This document shows, in pieces, positions 19,610 through 28,563 of a stretch of 64,000 nucleotides of DNA; position 1 is the stretch's first letter; each line of letters begins with the position of its first letter. The position numbers were made by a program, and so were the translations under genes. The notes beneath the pieces are model-generated. The model worked only from the letters and a program-made list of their open reading frames with translations. It made no database searches and had not been told where the DNA came from. The stretch comes from Polyangiales bacterium (GTDB taxonomy: Bacteria; Myxococcota_A; Polyangia; Polyangiales; Houyiibacteriaceae), in assembly GCA_045106895.1 (NCBI GenBank), contig JBGCFM010000069.1:25930-89929 (forward strand), given 5' to 3'.

Positions 19610-21190
19610 GTGGGGTCTTCCAACGACAGCGCACGCATTCCACGATTGACCGAGGGGGTCGACGTTCGGGACTTGTCCGTCGACCCATTCGAGGGCTTCA
19701 TGTTGTCACGCATCGACGGCGTGAAGACGGCACAAGAGGTCGCCGATTTGACGGGCTCCGACGTGACGCTCTTGATGGCCCTCATCGACAGGCTCGCGGA
19801 GACCGGAGCGGCGGGCTGGCTGCAGCAGGAGGGCGCGGGCCAAGACGCGGAGTCACCTTCCGGGGCGTCCGACCTCGCGTTACCTCCACTGAGCGAGCTT
19901 CCCTACGATCCCGCGGAGCTCGACGAAGAGACGGACCTGTCGATGGAGCGGAAGCGCGAGATCCTCGACCGCTACTACCGCCTCGACGACCTGAACTACT
20001 ACGAGCTTCTTGGCATCCCGCGAAGCGCCGAGAAGAAAGACGTTCGCGCGGCTTACTTCTCGCTGTCGAAAGTTTTTCACCCGGACACGCTCTTCGGGAA
20101 AGAGCTGGGCTCCTACAAAGCGAAAATGGAGTCCGTCTTTGGCGCGTTGACGAAGGCCTACGAGGTCCTCGGGAAGAAGCGAAAACGCAAAGACTACGAT
20201 TTCTATTTAGGACTCACGGACACCACGAAGGCCGCGGAGCAAGGTCTCGCCGAAGCTGAAGTAGACGCGGAGGCCGTGGCTAAGGAGGTGCTCCAAGAAA
20301 CGAGCCCTGCTTCGCCGAAGAGCTCCACGCCGCCGCAGTCGACGACGCAGAGCTCGACGCCGCCGCAGTCGACGACGCAGAGTTCCACGCCGCCGCGGTC
20401 GACGACGCAGAGTTCCACGCCGCCGCGGTCGACAACGCAGAGTTCCACGCCGCCGCGGTCGACGACGCAGAGTTCGAAGCCGCCAAAGGCAACGTCGTCG
20501 TCGCCGCCTCGGACGGAGGCGGCGCGGAAGAGTCGTGCGCGCGAACGCCTCAAACATCGCTTCCAGCGCGCCGCAAGGCCGGCTCCCGCACCCGCGCCTC
20601 TTCCCAAGGTGGAGAGGTCCCGTGAAGACCTATTGCGCGGATTGGCGGGCTCATTGCGCTCCGCCGCTCGAATTACCGGCGGCATCGACAAAGCCACCGA
20701 GCAGCTTCGGGCCGGCGAAGAGGCGGAAGCGCGAGGAGATCTGCTGTCCGCGACGAATGCATACCGGCTGGCGCTCTCTCTCAACGACAACCCCGAGATC
20801 CAAGCGCGCTACGCTCGTGTTAAGGGTCAGCTCGCGGCAGATTTGGCCGAAAAATACAAAAAGCAGGCCAAATACGAGGAAGGGAACCAACAGTGGGGCG
20901 CAGCCGCGCTGTCTTGGAAGAAGGTCTGTGAAGGCCGTCCCCACAGCGTTGAGCCTCTCCGGCGTGCCGCATATGCCATTCTCCAGGCTGGGGGAGACCT
21001 CAAGCACGCTCGGGATCTGGCGCAAAGCGCGGTGAACATCATGCCAACGCACGTGAAGTGCCGTGTCACTTTGGCACGGGTCTATATCAGCGCTGGGATG
21101 CAAAAGAGTGCCCTCGGAGAGCTCCGAGAAGCCGCAAAGCTGGACCCCAGCGACGAGATCGTGAAGAATCTGCTACGCGATTTGAAGTAG
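19610..21190 (+). CDS. J-domain co-chaperone with N-terminal wHTH-like module and C-terminal TPRs
   Basis: LNYYELLGI...AYFSLSKVFHPD (HPD motif); N-terminal EGFMLSRIDG motif; TPR-like C-terminus. Confidence 0.85.
   Translation: MGSSNDSARIPRLTEGVDVRDLSVDPFEGFMLSRIDGVKTAQEVADLTGSDVTLLMALIDRLAETGAAGWLQQEGAGQDAESPSGASDLALPPLSELPYDPAELDEETDLSMERKREILDRYYRLDDLNYYELLGIPRSAEKKDVRAAYFSLSKVFHPDTLFGKELGSYKAKMESVFGALTKAYEVLGKKRKRKDYDFYLGLTDTTKAAEQGLAEAEVDAEAVAKEVLQETSPASPKSSTPPQSTTQSSTPPQSTTQSSTPPRSTTQSSTPPRSTTQSSTPPRSTTQSSKPPKATSSSPPRTEAARKSRARERLKHRFQRAARPAPAPAPLPKVERSREDLLRGLAGSLRSAARITGGIDKATEQLRAGEEAEARGDLLSATNAYRLALSLNDNPEIQARYARVKGQLAADLAEKYKKQAKYEEGNQQWGAAALSWKKVCEGRPHSVEPLRRAAYAILQAGGDLKHARDLAQSAVNIMPTHVKCRVTLARVYISAGMQKSALGELREAAKLDPSDEIVKNLLRDLK
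20321..20484 (+). repeat. In-frame 30-bp tandem repeat (5 full copies + partial) encoding SSTPP(Q/R)STTQ
   Basis: Units AG(C/T)TC(C/G)ACGCCGCCGC(A/G)GTCGAC(G/A)ACGCAG start at 20321, 20351, 20381, 20411 and 20441; a degenerate partial unit starts at 20471. Confidence 0.95.
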
Positions 21191-21217
21191 CGGCCGAGCT
21201 CGTTGCATGGAGAATTA

Positions 21218-23044
21218 ATGGATAAGGTCATCGGGATTGATCTCGGCACGTTTAACTCGTGCGTTGCTGTCGTCGAAAGTGGAACACCAACGGTCATCGC
21301 CAATCGCGGCGGTTACAAGGTGACGCCTTCGATGGTGGCGGTGACGGAGGCAGGCAAGCGCCTGGTCGGTCACATCGCCAAGCGTCAGGCCGTCACCAAC
21401 GCGGAGAACACGGTCTTTGCGGCAAAGCGCCTCATCGGACGAAAGTTCGACACCCCGCAGGTGAAGAATGCGACGTCCACGTGTCCTTACCGCATTGTGG
21501 AGGGGCCTCACGGGGACTGTCGTATTCAGCTCCGCGACAAGGTGTATTCCGTTCCCGAAGTGAGCGCGATGATCCTTCAAGAGATGAAGATGATCGCCGA
21601 AGACTACCTCGGGCATGAGGTGACGCAGGCCGTTGTGACGGTCCCTGCGTACTTCAACGACGGTCAGCGCCAGGCTACCAAGGACGCTGGGGCCATCGCT
21701 GGCCTCGACGTGATCCGCATCATCAACGAGCCCACCGCCGGCGCACTCGCTTACGGCTTTGGCAAGAACATCGACCGCACCGTCGCGGTCTATGACCTGG
21801 GTGGCGGCACCTTCGATATTTCGATTCTTGAGATCTCGAGCTCCGGTGTCTTCAAGGTGATCTCCACCGCCGGCGACACATTCCTCGGCGGCGAGGACTT
21901 CGACCAGCGCATCATCGACTGGCTTGTTCAAGGCTTCAAAGAAGAGCACGACCTGGACCTTCGCCAGGACCGAATGGCTCTGCAGCGTCTCAAGGACGCC
22001 GCGGAGAAGGCGAAGTGTGAGTTGAGCGCTGTGGTTGAAACGGAAGTGAACCTCCCCTTCATCATCTCCAGCGCACGCAACGAGGCCCTTCATCTTCAGC
22101 GTTTGCTCACGCGCGCGCAGCTTGAAGACCTCACGCGCGACCTCGTCGACCGCACCGTTCAGATCTGCGGCATGACGTTGGACGAAGCCGGTCTTGAAAA
22201 AGACGAGGTCGAGGACATTGTCCTCGTCGGCGGCATGACGCGTATGCCCCTTGTTCAGGCGGGGGTAACGGAGTTCTTTGAGCGCGAACCATGCAAGGGC
22301 GTGCACGCAGACGAGGTCGTGGGCCTCGGCGCTTCGATTCAAGGCGAGGCGCTCATCGGAGACACCATGGACATGGTGCTTCTCGACGTCACGCCACACA
22401 CGTTGGGCATCATGGTTGTCGGAGGTTACTTCGAGGAACTCATCCCGCAGAACACGACGGTGCCAACGTCGCGCGGCAAACCTTTCACAACGGTCCGCGA
22501 AAACCAGACCGCCGTGAAGATTCTTGTGCTTCAGGGCGAGTCCCGCCGTGCAGAGGAAAACGAGCTTCTCGGCGAGTTCATTCTGACCGGTCTACGACGA
22601 GCACCCGCGGGCGAAGTGGAGGTCGAGGTGACCTTCGAGATCAACGCCGACGGTATCGTCTCGGTCCACGCGAAAGACAAAGAGACCGGCAAAGAGCAGT
22701 CCATCACCGTCACCGCGACGAGCGGCCTGACGAACGATGAGATCGACCAGATGATGGAAGATGCCCAGGACTACGCCGTCGCGCGACGCGAAGACGAAGT
22801 CATGGAGGGCACCAAGCAAGAGGTCGAGACTCTCATCGCGGAGATCGAACGCCTCTTCCCTGAGGTGGAAGCGGTCGTGGCGGGAAGTGACTTTGGTCGC
22901 GATGCCATCGACAAGGCCCGAGTCAACGTCGAGCGAGCGCGCTCGCTCATGGAACGTGGTGACGCAGCAGGGCTCAAGGAGCACCTGGACTCTCTCGCGC
23001 GCACCCAGCGTATGTTCAAGGGCGTGGTGGGCAAGTCCGCGTGA
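21218..23044 (+). CDS. dnaK: Hsp70/DnaK family chaperone (likely a non-housekeeping paralogue)
   Basis: [46 protein letters not shown], linker VLLDVTP; GGAG RBS. No grpE or hrcA nearby. Confidence 0.9.
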   Translation: MDKVIGIDLGTFNSCVAVVESGTPTVIANRGGYKVTPSMVAVTEAGKRLVGHIAKRQAVTNAENTVFAAKRLIGRKFDTPQVKNATSTCPYRIVEGPHGDCRIQLRDKVYSVPEVSAMILQEMKMIAEDYLGHEVTQAVVTVPAYFNDGQRQATKDAGAIAGLDVIRIINEPTAGALAYGFGKNIDRTVAVYDLGGGTFDISILEISSSGVFKVISTAGDTFLGGEDFDQRIIDWLVQGFKEEHDLDLRQDRMALQRLKDAAEKAKCELSAVVETEVNLPFIISSARNEALHLQRLLTRAQLEDLTRDLVDRTVQICGMTLDEAGLEKDEVEDIVLVGGMTRMPLVQAGVTEFFEREPCKGVHADEVVGLGASIQGEALIGDTMDMVLLDVTPHTLGIMVVGGYFEELIPQNTTVPTSRGKPFTTVRENQTAVKILVLQGESRRAEENELLGEFILTGLRRAPAGEVEVEVTFEINADGIVSVHAKDKETGKEQSITVTATSGLTNDEIDQMMEDAQDYAVARREDEVMEGTKQEVETLIAEIERLFPEVEAVVAGSDFGRDAIDKARVNVERARSLMERGDAAGLKEHLDSLARTQRMFKGVVGKSA

Positions 23045-23057
23045 CCGGCCTGCACCG

Positions 23058-23669
23058 ATGAGTGACGATTCCGAGAAGGGGCCGGACGACGAAGAGCGAA
23101 AGCCACGCTATTCCGAACCGGTTCTTCTGCCTCCTGCGGACGATGAATCGCGACTCACCCTTGAGTTTGAAGACCTTCCTCTCGCCTTCGCGAAGGAAGA
23201 CGACGACGAGAGCATTCCTGTCCTCAAGGCGATGGGGGGTCGGGCCGACGAGACCGAGCCCGCACTCAGCCTCGTCGGGAGCCGTCCAGAGCAACCGGTC
23301 ATGGACCTACGCTCGGAGATGCGTGAACGCTTCGCCCTCGACGACTTCACCGCCGCGTTGAGCATCGCCGAACTCCTCCTCGGCCAAGACCCACGGGACG
23401 AAGACGCACTCGGCGTGGCGTCCGAGTGTAGACGCCGCCTCGTTCAGCTCTACACCTCACGGCTCGGTAGCATGGCGACGGTGCCGGTCTTAGCGGTGCC
23501 CCCGGGAGAGATTCGGTGGCTTGGGCTGGACCACCGTGGTGGGTTCCTCTTGTCACAAATCAACGGCGTCCACACCATCGAAGAGTTGTGCGACGTCGCA
23601 GGCATGGAGAAGATCGAGGTGCTCAAGACCCTCGCCGAACTTCACAACGTCGGCGCCATCAGCGTCTAA
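23058..23669 (+). CDS. Hypothetical protein with C-terminal wHTH-like module
   Basis: Acidic N-terminus; C-terminal IRWLGLDHRGGFLLSQINGVHTIEELCDVAGMEKIEVLKTLAEL is similar to the N-terminus of the 19610 J-protein. Confidence 0.7.
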   Translation: MSDDSEKGPDDEERKPRYSEPVLLPPADDESRLTLEFEDLPLAFAKEDDDESIPVLKAMGGRADETEPALSLVGSRPEQPVMDLRSEMRERFALDDFTAALSIAELLLGQDPRDEDALGVASECRRRLVQLYTSRLGSMATVPVLAVPPGEIRWLGLDHRGGFLLSQINGVHTIEELCDVAGMEKIEVLKTLAELHNVGAISV

Positions 23670-23740
23670 ACTTCCTGCATTGAGCGGGAAGGGTGAGACA
23701 GTGGTTGCGCTGGCCTCTCGTCCCGATATCCTCGCTCGCC

Positions 23741-24946
23741 ATGAGCGAAACACCGAAAAAGATCATCCTCGCCTACAGCGGCGGCCTCGACACCTCCGTC
23801 ATCCTCACTTGGCTCAAAGAAGAGTACGAGGGCTGCGAAGTCGTCGCCTTCTGCGCCGACGTCGGCCAGGGTGAGGAGCTAGACGGCCTCGATGCAAAGG
23901 CAAAAGCAACGGGCGCGACGAAGTGTGTCGTGGCGGACGTCCGAAAGGACTTCGTGGAGAACTACGTCTTCCCAATGCTCCGTTCCAACGCGCTCTACGA
24001 AGGCGAGTATCTGCTCGGAACGTCCATCGCGCGCCCGTGCATCGCGAAAGCGATGATGGACGTTGCCCGCGAGGAGAACGCGGATGCAATCGCCCACGGC
24101 GCCACCGGCAAGGGGAACGATCAGGTCCGCTTCGAGTTGTCCGCCATGGCCATCGACCCTCGCGTCCAGGTCATCGCGCCTTGGCGCACGTGGGACCTCA
24201 AGAGTCGCACCGACTGCATTGATTTCTGTAAGAAGCGCGACATCCCCATCGAGGCCACTGCGGAGAAGCCGTACTCGATGGATGCGAACGCGTTCCATAT
24301 TTCGTACGAAGGCGGAATCCTCGAAGACCCGTGGGCCGAGGCGCCGGCGGATATCTACCGATGGACCAAAGACCCAGCGGATGCGCCGGACGCTCCTCAG
24401 TACGTGGAGGTCTCCTACAAGAACGGCGACCCCATCGCCGTCGACGGCAAGGAGATGGAACCTTTTGAGCTCCTCGAGCACCTGAACGGTCTTGGGTCTA
24501 CCCACGGAATTGGACGCGTCGACATCGTCGAGAACCGTTTCGTCGGCATGAAGTCGCGCGGAGTCTACGAGACGCCCGGCGGCACGATTCTACAAAAGGC
24601 CCACCGAGCGATGGAGTCCATCTGCATGGACCGAGAGGTCATGCGAATCCGGGATGGCTTGATCCCCGAGTACACCTCGCTCGTCTACCGTGGCTTCTGG
24701 TTCGCGCCGGAACGTGAGACGTTGCAGGCACTCATCGATCACTCGCAAAAAGACGTTGAGGGCGACGTGCGTCTGAAGCTCTACAAGGGGGTCTGTTCCG
24801 TCGTCGGTCGTCGCTCTCCGAAGAGCCTCTACGATGCGGATGTTGTGACTTTCGAAGCGGACGAGGTCTACGACCAGGGCGACGCGACGGGCTTTATTCG
24901 CCTGAACGGCCTACGTTTGCGCCTTCGCGCAGCCCAAAAGCGCTAG
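23741..24946 (+). CDS. argG: Argininosuccinate synthase
   Basis: [52 protein letters not shown]. Confidence 0.98.
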   Translation: MSETPKKIILAYSGGLDTSVILTWLKEEYEGCEVVAFCADVGQGEELDGLDAKAKATGATKCVVADVRKDFVENYVFPMLRSNALYEGEYLLGTSIARPCIAKAMMDVAREENADAIAHGATGKGNDQVRFELSAMAIDPRVQVIAPWRTWDLKSRTDCIDFCKKRDIPIEATAEKPYSMDANAFHISYEGGILEDPWAEAPADIYRWTKDPADAPDAPQYVEVSYKNGDPIAVDGKEMEPFELLEHLNGLGSTHGIGRVDIVENRFVGMKSRGVYETPGGTILQKAHRAMESICMDREVMRIRDGLIPEYTSLVYRGFWFAPERETLQALIDHSQKDVEGDVRLKLYKGVCSVVGRRSPKSLYDADVVTFEADEVYDQGDATGFIRLNGLRLRLRAAQKR

Positions 24947-25041
24947 CCACTCTGTTCTGCCCACCGCCACCTCCATCAGGAGACGTTGCTCACGTCTCCT
25001 GTGGGGGATAGGCTTGCGATCCGCTACGAGCGGAGTGCACT

Positions 25042-26322
25042 TTGGACGACCCTTCCAGTACCAACTTGATCTTCCTGCTCTCCCTCGGGACCGTCCTCGC
25101 CACGCTCTTGGCGGCGATGAATGCAGGGCTCAACGTTCTCGGAACAGCGCACCTTGAAGCGCTAAGCGAGGGCGAGGGGCGAACTGCGAAAGTCGCGGGT
25201 GCCGCTCTCGGCCGTCTTGAAGCGCTCCGGACGCGACTCCTTGTCGGGCGCATCGCTTTCGTCTCCATCGCGGCGGGCTGCGCGGTTCTCCTCGCGCTTC
25301 CAATGGGTGCGTGGGCTGGCATCGCTGCGAGTTTCGCGCTGGGAATGCTCTACGCGCTCCTCGCGGAAATGGTCCGCGGCATCGTCTCCAAACGCCCCGC
25401 GAAGACGACCATTGCGTTGCTTCGTGTGATGCGTCCCATCGAGCTCTTCGTCGCGCCTTTGGCCGCCCCCATCGTTTGGTTGGGTCGCGGTGCCAGCAGT
25501 GCGATGCCGCAAGCGGCGCCCACCGCGGGTCTCGCAAGTCGCGCTGTTGAGCATCTCATCGAGCAGGGAGAGGAGCGCGGCCAGATCGCCGAGAGCCAGG
25601 CCCAGCTGCTCTACAGCGTGCTGGAGTTTCGCGACACCATCGCACGCGAGATCATGGTCCCACGCACGCTCGTCGAAGCCTTTGAACGCGAGACAAGTCT
25701 TGAGCACGTGCTCGAGCGCATCGAGTCCAGCGCTCACTCTCGTTACCCTGTGTATCGCGAGTCCATCGACCACATCGAAGGAATTCTCTACGCGAAGGAT
25801 GTGTTTCGACTGCTTCGCACCCAAGAGGACCGCGAGGCGTCCATCGAGTCGCTTATCAGGCCCGTTTTTCACGCGCACGAGACGCAAAAGATCGGCGTCC
25901 TGCTCCGTGAGATGCAGGCCAATCGCTTTCACCTCGCTGTCGTTGTCGACGAGTTCGGTGGCGTCGCCGGCATCGTCACCCTTGAGGATATCGTCGAAGA
26001 AATCGTCGGAGAGATCGAGGACGAGCACGACGACGCGGTCCCCCGCATCGAGGCGCTCACCGATGGGTGCTGGTCTATTGATGCGGGACTCTCTCTCGCC
26101 GACGTGGAAGACGTCGTGGATTTGCCCTTGGATGCGGATGACGCAGACTACGACTCCATCGGGGGCCTGGTGACGCATATCGCTGGTGAAGTGCCCGAGG
26201 TTGGCCAGGTGCTGACCTTCGCGGGATGCGAGCTGACTGTTCTCGCCGCCGACGAACGGCGAGTGAGCCGTGTAGAACTCCGGCTCCTCACGAGCGCGGG
26301 CGCAAAAGTCTTAGAAACATAG
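25042..26322 (+). CDS. CNNM/hemolysin (TlyC/CorC)-family membrane protein with CBS pair
   Basis: N-terminal TM region; REIMVPR, HSRYPVY, VVDEFGGVAGIVTLEDIVEEIVGEIEDEHD, YDSIGGL. Confidence 0.9.
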   Translation: MDDPSSTNLIFLLSLGTVLATLLAAMNAGLNVLGTAHLEALSEGEGRTAKVAGAALGRLEALRTRLLVGRIAFVSIAAGCAVLLALPMGAWAGIAASFALGMLYALLAEMVRGIVSKRPAKTTIALLRVMRPIELFVAPLAAPIVWLGRGASSAMPQAAPTAGLASRAVEHLIEQGEERGQIAESQAQLLYSVLEFRDTIAREIMVPRTLVEAFERETSLEHVLERIESSAHSRYPVYRESIDHIEGILYAKDVFRLLRTQEDREASIESLIRPVFHAHETQKIGVLLREMQANRFHLAVVVDEFGGVAGIVTLEDIVEEIVGEIEDEHDDAVPRIEALTDGCWSIDAGLSLADVEDVVDLPLDADDADYDSIGGLVTHIAGEVPEVGQVLTFAGCELTVLAADERRVSRVELRLLTSAGAKVLET

Positions 26323-26329
26323 GTCTCAA

Positions 26330-26983
26330 ATGAGCGAAGCACCCAAAGCCACCCCCATCGCTTTCATGTCGGACATTCACGGGAACGCCAAGGCGCTCAA
26401 AGCCGTGCTGGACGAACTCGCGAGGCAAGACGTTCGGGTGATCTACGCCGCCGGCGACCATCTCCTCGGCGGTGATGAGCCGCTTGAGACGTGGCGCCTC
26501 CTCCAGAAGGCCAACGTTCAGTGCGCACGTGGGCTCTCGGAGTTGGCGATGCTTCGCGTCGACCCCGATGAACTGTCTCCCACGGGCGACGAAGAGTTCG
26601 CGAAGGTGGACCAGTTCATCGAAACGCGTCGTGCGCTTGGGGACCTCATTCTGGAACAGATTCGACGGCTAGAGCCGACGCTTCGCGTGCCGCTCATCGA
26701 TGGTCGCGAGCTTCTGGTCGTTCACGGCTCGCCCTCGGACCCGCTCGGCGAGATCTCTCATGACGCGAGCGACGAGGAACTCGAAGCGCTCGTCTCCAGC
26801 GACCCCGCGGACATCGTCGTGTGTGGCGCGAGTCATGTCGCTTTCCGAAGAGACATCGAAGGAACCACGATTCTTTCCGTGGGCTCCGTGGGCGCCTCTC
26901 CCTCCGGCGTCGCGCATTTTACCGTCGTTCGTCCGCGAATGGACGGCCTTGAGGTGCATCAAGACCACGTCGAGTACGCGTAG
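26330..26983 (+). CDS. Metallophosphoesterase family protein
   Basis: SDIHGN, AGD, VVHGSP, VCGASH, SVGSVG; some motifs (GNHD, GHTH) are degenerate. Confidence 0.75.
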   Translation: MSEAPKATPIAFMSDIHGNAKALKAVLDELARQDVRVIYAAGDHLLGGDEPLETWRLLQKANVQCARGLSELAMLRVDPDELSPTGDEEFAKVDQFIETRRALGDLILEQIRRLEPTLRVPLIDGRELLVVHGSPSDPLGEISHDASDEELEALVSSDPADIVVCGASHVAFRRDIEGTTILSVGSVGASPSGVAHFTVVRPRMDGLEVHQDHVEYA

Positions 26984-27067
26984 TTAGCGACATAAAACCA
27001 CGTTCGCTCGCTCCCGATATTATGACGCGTATTTTGGCGCACAATGTAGGTGTGTGTACGATGCCGA

Positions 27068-27505
27068 ATGTCTCGACCAGGTTTAGCGAAGGCGTCTCGG
27101 GGCGCCTTTCTTCGGAGCGGCGTTCTCAGTCGTGAAGCCGAGGTGCTTCTGATGCGCCTGATCACGCGCTTGTCCGAGGGTTCTGTGCGCACCGATCCCG
27201 CGGGGGACTCCTACTTCGGGAGCACCATGTTCTCCGTAAACCTGCGGGCCCTTGAGGACGCTTGGCGAGGCAAACTCGATCGTGAAGCGCTCCGAACGGC
27301 CGTCGAGGGGTCGGTTCGTATGCGTCTCCGTCTCATGCGCTTGAGCGCCGCAGATGCCAAGCAGCGCGTTCCTGATCGTATCTGGGGAATGACCACATCC
27401 GAGACCCGCGTGGCGCTAGAGGGGGACTCCCTTCACATCGACGTAGACGTCGAAGCACCTCTTGATCTCGTGCTGGGCACCGCGGCGCAGGCTACAAGCG
27501 AGTAG
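27068..27505 (+). CDS. Hypothetical protein (start uncertain, 27068 or 27152)
   Basis: Open frame whose stop abuts the next gene; no recognisable motif. Confidence 0.55.
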   Translation: MSRPGLAKASRGAFLRSGVLSREAEVLLMRLITRLSEGSVRTDPAGDSYFGSTMFSVNLRALEDAWRGKLDREALRTAVEGSVRMRLRLMRLSAADAKQRVPDRIWGMTTSETRVALEGDSLHIDVDVEAPLDLVLGTAAQATSE

Positions 27506-28509
27506 TGAGCACAATGAAAAAGAGTGACAACGTCATTCACGTCTTCTTTGGCGACGACGGCGGATACAAGATCCAGACGCCGGACGCGATCGAAGCGGAC
27601 GTGCAGGTTAAGATCGAGACCGCTCCCGGTGACTCGAGCGATCCCCTCGCTGCTCTCTACTCGCGCGCTGAGACCGCGCGCCTGTTCAGCATCAAAGAAG
27701 GACGGCTTCGCTACTGGGACCGAACCGATTTCCTCAGTCCGTCTGCGACACGTGGGCGCCGCAAGTACTACACGTTTCAAGACCTCATCGGGATTCGCGC
27801 GGCGAAGGGGCTGCTCGACCAGGGGCTTCCTCTACAAGAGGTTCGTCGCAGCGTCGCGGCGATACGCAACGCGCTCCCCCTCGTGGTGCGACCGCTCTCG
27901 GAGCTCCGCGTCGTCGCAGAAGGCGCGGCGATGCTTGTACGAGACGAAGGCGCCGCCTTCGAAGCGCAAACGGGGCAGCTCGTCCTCGACTTTCGTGTCG
28001 ACTCGATTCGCGAGGACGTCGTTCGTATCCTGCGACCTGAGCAAAGCGACAACCCGGATGCGTACTCGCGATATCTGGAAGGCTGTCGGCTCGACGAAGA
28101 TGAGTCTACGTTCGACGAAGCCGAGGCCGCCTACCGCGACGCGATTCGGCTCGACCCGGCGCTTACAAATGCGCTGACGAATCTAGGCAACCTTCGCTAT
28201 CGCCGCGGCGACCAGGACGGGGCTACACGCTACTACCGGCAAGCATTGCAACTTGATGCGTCGCATCCGGAGGCCCTCTACAACCTAGGCTTTGTTGCTC
28301 AAGACGATGGCGACGACGCTGCGGCGATTTCTTATTTTCAGGCAGCCCTGCGTAGCGACCCTGCGTTTGCAGACGCGCATTTCAATCTCGGCTTGGCGCT
28401 TCTCGGGGACGGTCGCGCAGCCGAAGCCAAAGAGCACTGGCGTGCGTACCTGACGCTCGAGCCACAGGGCGAATGGGCGCCCATCGCCGAGCGTCACCTT
28501 CAGCAGTAG
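27505..28509 (+). CDS. MerR-type HTH + TPR protein
   Basis: YSRAETARLFSI..GRLRYW...YTFQDLI; TPRs (ALTNLGNL, ALYNLG, DAHFNLG). Confidence 0.85.
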   Translation: MSTMKKSDNVIHVFFGDDGGYKIQTPDAIEADVQVKIETAPGDSSDPLAALYSRAETARLFSIKEGRLRYWDRTDFLSPSATRGRRKYYTFQDLIGIRAAKGLLDQGLPLQEVRRSVAAIRNALPLVVRPLSELRVVAEGAAMLVRDEGAAFEAQTGQLVLDFRVDSIREDVVRILRPEQSDNPDAYSRYLEGCRLDEDESTFDEAEAAYRDAIRLDPALTNALTNLGNLRYRRGDQDGATRYYRQALQLDASHPEALYNLGFVAQDDGDDAAAISYFQAALRSDPAFADAHFNLGLALLGDGRAAEAKEHWRAYLTLEPQGEWAPIAERHLQQ

Positions 28510-28563
28510 CTCCTCGCTGCGCGCCATAAGCGCAGGCCAGCCGGCGGAGCTATCGAGCTCGCG

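Noticed and set aside
20321..20484. 30-bp periodic repeat as a CRISPR array
   Set aside because: Units are contiguous with no unique spacers, lie in frame inside a CDS, and no cas genes are present.
26982..27035. Possible dif site (TTATGTCGCTAACT on the minus strand; CCGATATTATG)
   Set aside because: The arms do not form the 11-6-11 dif arrangement; the XerD-like arm has extra bases. More likely an A/T-richer promoter region.
27033..27050. Sigma-54 promoter (TTGGCGC...)
   Set aside because: The required TTGC at the -12 position is absent.
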